A DNA stretch of 62,691 nucleotides, the filler included. It is 4 parts of 4 records of this genome, joined end to end, with 100 filler letters (N's around TTAATTAATTAA, not from the genome) between each part and the next. Parts side by side here need not be neighbours in the genome. Positions count along the whole stretch, not along the records: positions 58,443 to 62,691 come from SRR20825010_3833; 3 more parts are not named here. The stretch is one strand, 5' to 3'. This document shows, one piece after another, positions 58,343 to 62,691 of this stretch (position 1 is its first letter; each line of letters starts with the position of its first letter). Position numbers and translations under genes: made by a program. The notes under the pieces were generated by a model. That model made no database searches and had not been told where the DNA came from. It was given only the letters and a program-made list of their open reading frames with translations.

Positions 58343-58442
58343 NNNNNNNNNNNNNNNNNNNNNNNNNNNNNNNNNNNNNNNNNNNNTTAATTAATTAANN
58401 NNNNNNNNNNNNNNNNNNNNNNNNNNNNNNNNNNNNNNNNNN
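58343..58442. other. Artificial contig spacer
   Basis: N44-TTAATTAATTAA-N44. Confidence 0.99.
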
Positions 58443-58443
58443 G

Positions 58444-59649
58444 GGGGCGGGGGCGCAGGGCAAGGGCTTTGCTCCGCAGCGGTTTACCACCTCGCATGAG
58501 GGCAGTGTGGCGCGCGGTGCGCCGATGATCGAGGCGGGGCTGTGGTATCGGCCCTCGTATTTTCCCAAACCGGGCGAAACCACATGGCGCGAAAGCTGTG
58601 ACCGTGAGGTCCGGATGGTGCGCGAAGCGGTCGGCATCTGCGATGTGTCGACCCTTGGCAAGATCGATTTGCAGGGCCGCGATGTGGGCGCGTTCCTTGA
58701 TTTTGTCTACTCCAACACCTTTTCGACGTTGAAGCCGGGGCGGGTGCGCTATGGGCTGATGCTGCGTGAGGACGGGCATGTCATGGATGACGGCACCACG
58801 GCGCGGCTGTCTGACACGCAATGGGTCATGACCACCACCACCGCTGCGGCGGGGCCGGTGATGAAGCACCTCGACTGGGTGCGGCAGGCCTATTGCAGCC
58901 ATATGGACGTGCGGTTCGTATCCGTCACCGAACAATGGGCGCAGTTTGCGGTTGCCGGACCCAAATCGCGTGAGTTGTTGAACGCGCTGCTGGATGAACC
59001 CATCGATGATGGCAGCTTTCCGTTTATGCAAAACGGGCCGGTCAGCATTGGCGGGGTCGCGGCGCGGTTGTTCCGCATCTCGTTCTCGGGCGAGCACGCC
59101 TATGAGATCGCGGTGCCTGCGCGCTATGGCGCCAGTCTCTTCGAGGTGCTGCTAGGGCGGGCAGAGGCACTGGGCGGCGGTCCCTACGGGATGGAGGCGC
59201 TGAACGTTATGCGGATCGAGAAAGGACATATCACCCATGCCGAGATTCACGGCCGCACAACCGCCTTTGACATCGGTTTTGCGCGGATGGTGTCGGCCAA
59301 GAAGGACTGTATCGGTAAGGCGCTGGCGGCCCGTCCCGGCATGGTGGCCGAGGATCGAGAGCAATTGGTTGGCTTGCGGCCCGTGACCGTGGGCAACACC
59401 CTGACCGCAGGGGCGCATCTGTTCGACGAGGGGGCCGAGGCGGTGCGGGTCAACGATCAGGGCTATATCACCTCGGTCGGTTTTTCGCCGACGCTGGGCA
59501 CCTTTCTGGGTCTGGGCTTTCTGCGCAATGGGCGCGCGCGCCATGGCGAAAAGGTGCGGATGGTCGATCACCTGCGCGGGGTCGAAGAGGTCTGTGTTGT
59601 GACCGACCCGGTGGCGTTTGATGCGGATGGAGGACGGTTGCGTGGTTGA
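58444..59649 (+). CDS. soxA: Sarcosine oxidase alpha-subunit family, C-terminal GcvT-like part (5'-truncated)
   Basis: DVSTLGKI, RYGLMLREDG..DDG, RISFSGE.AYE and RIEKGH. Confidence 0.92.
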   Translation, partial: GAGAQGKGFAPQRFTTSHEGSVARGAPMIEAGLWYRPSYFPKPGETTWRESCDREVRMVREAVGICDVSTLGKIDLQGRDVGAFLDFVYSNTFSTLKPGRVRYGLMLREDGHVMDDGTTARLSDTQWVMTTTTAAAGPVMKHLDWVRQAYCSHMDVRFVSVTEQWAQFAVAGPKSRELLNALLDEPIDDGSFPFMQNGPVSIGGVAARLFRISFSGEHAYEIAVPARYGASLFEVLLGRAEALGGGPYGMEALNVMRIEKGHITHAEIHGRTTAFDIGFARMVSAKKDCIGKALAARPGMVAEDREQLVGLRPVTVGNTLTAGAHLFDEGAEAVRVNDQGYITSVGFSPTLGTFLGLGFLRNGRARHGEKVRMVDHLRGVEEVCVVTDPVAFDADGGRLRG

Positions 59650-60193
59650 ATTAACAGCTTTGACACCCTGCAACGGGATTTTGCCGATACAAACGGGTGA
59701 GACAACCCTGAGTGAGGTCGATCCGGGCCGGATCACCGCATTGATGCCATTCAAGGGGCAGTCCGCGGATCTGAAGACCGCGTTGCAGGCGGCGCATGGC
59801 CTGCGCTTTCCAGAACCGGGGCAAGCCACCGTGGCAGAGGGCGCATCCTGCGTCTGGACGGCGCGGGGACAGGCCTTTTTGATGGGTCCGGCGCCGGATG
59901 ACAGCCTAGCGCGCTTTGCCTCTGTGACAGATCAGTCGGACGCCTGGACGGTCGTCTTGTTGGCGGGTCTGGATGCCGAGGACGTGCTGGCGCGGCTTGT
60001 CCCGATTGATCTGCGCCTGTCAGTCTTCCCCGAAGGGACGGCGGCGCGGACGTTGTGCCAGCATATGACGGTTCACATCAGTCGGCGGGCGGAGGGGCTG
60101 CAACTGATGGCGTTCCGGTCGATGGCGCGGACTCTTGCCCATGACATCGGTGAGGCCATGGCCTCGGTTGCGGGGAGGCGTGCGGCGGGCTAA
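59642..60193 (+). CDS. soxG: Sarcosine oxidase gamma subunit
   Basis: TDQSDAW, VLARLVPIDL and FRSMA; overlaps the soxA stop. Confidence 0.88.
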   Translation: MVELTALTPCNGILPIQTGETTLSEVDPGRITALMPFKGQSADLKTALQAAHGLRFPEPGQATVAEGASCVWTARGQAFLMGPAPDDSLARFASVTDQSDAWTVVLLAGLDAEDVLARLVPIDLRLSVFPEGTAARTLCQHMTVHISRRAEGLQLMAFRSMARTLAHDIGEAMASVAGRRAAG

Positions 60194-60235
60194 ATGGCCC
60201 TCTTGCCGCAGGTGAGCCAAAGGAGAGTGAGTGTC

Positions 60236-60511
60236 ATGCGTGTGTTGGCAATGATCGCTGTGATCGGAATGACGGCATCCGGCGCTGTGGCGCAGGATGT
60301 CGATAAATGTGCCTTGACGGAAACATGGTTCAACGCCGCCGTGCAGGCGCGGCTGGACGGTGACACCATCGGCACGGTGCGCCGCGCGTTGCGCAAGGAT
60401 ATGGACCGGACGGCCGCCGAACAATTGGCCGAGTTCGTCTTTGCCCTACCCGAAGAGGCGCTGACGCCCGAGGTGGCCAAGGCCGCCCGCACCCAGTGTG
60501 AGGCGCTCTGA
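60236..60511 (+). CDS. Small secreted hypothetical protein with two cysteines
   Basis: AGGAG RBS; signal peptide ending AVA-Q; DKC...TQC. Confidence 0.7.
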   Translation: MRVLAMIAVIGMTASGAVAQDVDKCALTETWFNAAVQARLDGDTIGTVRRALRKDMDRTAAEQLAEFVFALPEEALTPEVAKAARTQCEAL

Positions 60512-60593
60512 TTCACAGCAGGACGGGACTGTTCGTCTGTCACGCGGTTGACGGCCTCTTGGCATTGGCGCCGCAAAGCCCGATATTGGCTGC

Positions 60594-62558
60594 ATGAGTC
60601 TCCCCCCCGGTTTTCTGGATGAACTGCGCAATCGCTCCAGCCTCGCACAGGTGGTGGGGCGCAAAGTGCTGTGGGACAACCGGAAATCCAATCAGGGCAA
60701 GGGCGACCTGTGGGCGCCGTGCCCGTTTCACCATGAAAAGACAGCGTCCTTTCACGTCGATGACCGCAAGGGCTACTATTATTGCTTTGGCTGCCACGCC
60801 AAAGGCGATGCGATTTCCTTCGTGCGCGAGACGGAAAACGTGAGCTTCATGGAAGCGATCGAGATTCTGGCGCAAGAGGCGGGCATGGAAGTGCCCAAGG
60901 AAGATCCCCGCGCGCAGCAAAAGGCGGACCGCCGGACGCAGCTGGTCGAAGTCATGGAACAGGCTGTCGGGTTCTTTCGCCTGCAACTGAAGACCGGGGC
61001 AGGGGCCGAGGCGCGTGCCTATCTGGCGCGGCGCGGTCTGGATGAGGCGGCGCTGGAACGCTGGGAGATCGGTTTTGCCCCGCCGGGTTGGGAAAACCTG
61101 CGAGAGGCCTTGGCGGGGCGGGGCGTGTCGCCCGACTTGATGCTGGCCGCCGGACTGGTCAAAGCGTCGGACAAGGGGCGCGCGCCCTATGATGTGTTCC
61201 GCAACCGAATCATGTTTCCGATCCGTGATGCGCGCGGCCGGGCGATTGCCTTTGGCGGGCGGGCGATGGACCCGAATGACAACGCCAAATACCTGAATTC
61301 TCCGGAAACCGAACTGTTCGACAAGTCGCGCAACCTGTTCAATTTCAAGCCCGCGCGCGAGGCATCGGGACGGGGGCAAACCCTGATCGTCGGTGAGGGC
61401 TACATGGACGTGATCGCGCTGTCCGAAGCCGGGTTCACGGCCTCTGTCGCGCCGCTGGGCACTGCGGTGACTGAACCGCAGTTGCAATTGATGTGGCGCG
61501 TTTCGGATGAACCGGTGATTGCGCTGGACGGGGACAAGGCCGGGTTGAAGGCTGCCTACCGGGTGATCGACGTCGCCCTGCCGCTGTTGGAGGCGGGCAA
61601 AGGCCTGCGCTTTGCCATCATGCCAGAGGGCAAAGACCCGGACGATCTGTTGCGGGCCGAGGGGCCGGAGGCCGTCAAGACGGTGTTGGATGCGGCGATG
61701 CCCATGGTGCAACTGCTGTGGCGGCAAGAGACCGAGGGTCTGGTGCTGGACAGCCCGGAACGCAAGGCGGCGCTGGACAAGGCCCTGCGGGCGCGGATCG
61801 GCAAGATCCAAGACCCCAGCCTGCGCCATCACTATGGCGAGGCGATCAAGGAACTGCGGTTTCAAGCCTTTCGCGCGCAACGCCCGCAGCAGGCCCCACG
61901 CCAACAGCAGGCCTATCGCGGCAAGGGGTTCAAACCTTTTCAGCCTCCAGCAGTGCCAACGGCTGGGGCAAAGGCGTCATTCCTCGCCTCGTCCGGCGAA
62001 GACGGGGAGCGCCGCTTGCGGTTGGAGGTGATCCTGGCCGCCGTTCTGTCCGCGCCGGGCATCGCTGAGGGGTTCGAGACGCAGTTAGAGGACATGCCCT
62101 GCGCCGACGGGACGCTGGCGGCCTTGCGGGACGCGATTCTCGACAGTATCGCCGAACCAGAGACGATGACCCGGCGTGCAGAGGCGGTGATCGGGGCGGA
62201 AGCCCTTGAAAATCTTTTGATGGGACGCCATGTGGCGGTGGTGCCCTGTATTCGCACGCCCGGAAATGCCGACCAAGCGCGGCTGACCGTGGCAGAGGAA
62301 CTGGCGAAGCTCGCCGCCGCCGACGGGTGGCAAGTAGAACTGAACGAAGCCGTGGAGGACCTGGCTGACCATGCTGATGAGGCGCTGACATGGCGTCTTG
62401 CAGAGGCCGCAAGGGTTCGCGCGCAGGCGGGTCGCCGCCGGGATGAAGATGATGCCGAATATGACGTGGGGCCAAACGGGGCCCCGATTGACCGTGAGGA
62501 ACGCAGCGCGTTCGATTCGCTCCTGTCGCAGATTCGATTCGACAAGGGCCGAAAATGA
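60594..62558 (+). CDS. dnaG: DNA primase
   Basis: CPFHHEKTASF..CFGC zinc finger; FGGR, KYLNSPET, EGYMDV, DGD.AG and KDPDD. Confidence 0.98.
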   Translation: MSLPPGFLDELRNRSSLAQVVGRKVLWDNRKSNQGKGDLWAPCPFHHEKTASFHVDDRKGYYYCFGCHAKGDAISFVRETENVSFMEAIEILAQEAGMEVPKEDPRAQQKADRRTQLVEVMEQAVGFFRLQLKTGAGAEARAYLARRGLDEAALERWEIGFAPPGWENLREALAGRGVSPDLMLAAGLVKASDKGRAPYDVFRNRIMFPIRDARGRAIAFGGRAMDPNDNAKYLNSPETELFDKSRNLFNFKPAREASGRGQTLIVGEGYMDVIALSEAGFTASVAPLGTAVTEPQLQLMWRVSDEPVIALDGDKAGLKAAYRVIDVALPLLEAGKGLRFAIMPEGKDPDDLLRAEGPEAVKTVLDAAMPMVQLLWRQETEGLVLDSPERKAALDKALRARIGKIQDPSLRHHYGEAIKELRFQAFRAQRPQQAPRQQQAYRGKGFKPFQPPAVPTAGAKASFLASSGEDGERRLRLEVILAAVLSAPGIAEGFETQLEDMPCADGTLAALRDAILDSIAEPETMTRRAEAVIGAEALENLLMGRHVAVVPCIRTPGNADQARLTVAEELAKLAAADGWQVELNEAVEDLADHADEALTWRLAEAARVRAQAGRRRDEDDAEYDVGPNGAPIDREERSAFDSLLSQIRFDKGRK

Positions 62559-62681
62559 GCGTCGTATTGGTGACGAACTGGTAAACAAATAAGGTTAAAC
62601 GGGTGTGCGAATCACTTTATCGCGTTATTGAGTCGTTTTAACGAATCGCCCCGTTCCCGAGCCCCCCATCAGGAGAGCCGC

Positions 62682-62691
62682 ATGGCAGCCA
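62682..62691 (+). CDS. Probable start of RNA polymerase sigma-70 (rpoD)
   Basis: AGGAG RBS then ATG GCA GCC A after dnaG; only 10 nt visible, so identity is inferred from gene order. Confidence 0.5.

Noticed and set aside
62581-62600. Possible CtrA box upstream of rpoD; also TTAA pairs near 29736-29750
   Set aside because: Spacing does not fit TTAA-N7-TTAA; half-sites only.
1-62691. CRISPR arrays, integrases, transposases, prophage or rRNA genes
   Set aside because: None recognised anywhere in the window.

Overview
This window is not one locus. It is four unrelated contigs joined by artificial 100-nt spacers (N44-TTAATTAATTAA-N44) at 25361-25460, 37174-37273 and 58343-58442. Contig A (1-25360) is AT-rich Flavobacteriaceae-like backbone (tRNA-Ala, recJ, rsmI, tdk, alr, mscL, asd, arfB, peptidases, transporters). 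It also carries a RelE-type toxin-antitoxin pair, a nonsense-interrupted four-helix-bundle gene and a REP-like hairpin. Contig B (25461-37173) is GC-rich alphaproteobacterial (nrdJ with NrdR boxes, ftsEX, zitP-like, TIGR02302, lysA, argH). It is interrupted by a lower-GC two-gene cassette: a carboxyl-methyltransferase-family enzyme plus an N-acyl amino acid synthase-like protein fused to a cyclic-nucleotide-binding domain. This cassette is the best candidate for an undescribed system, namely cyclic-nucleotide-gated synthesis of N-acyl amino acid methyl esters (a hypothesis). Contig C (37274-58342) is Bacteroidota, with a LacI-associated trehalose utilisation locus (SusC/D, two FG-GAP/ASPIC-UnbV lipoproteins, a PAP2/vanadium-haloperoxidase-family lipoprotein, GH37 trehalase, MFS), followed by purA, STAS, fur, relA/spoT and tRNA-Leu. 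Contig D (58443-62691) is Rhodobacteraceae-like (sarcosine oxidase alpha/gamma, dnaG, start of rpoD). All calls come from motif recognition by eye; no database searches were run.
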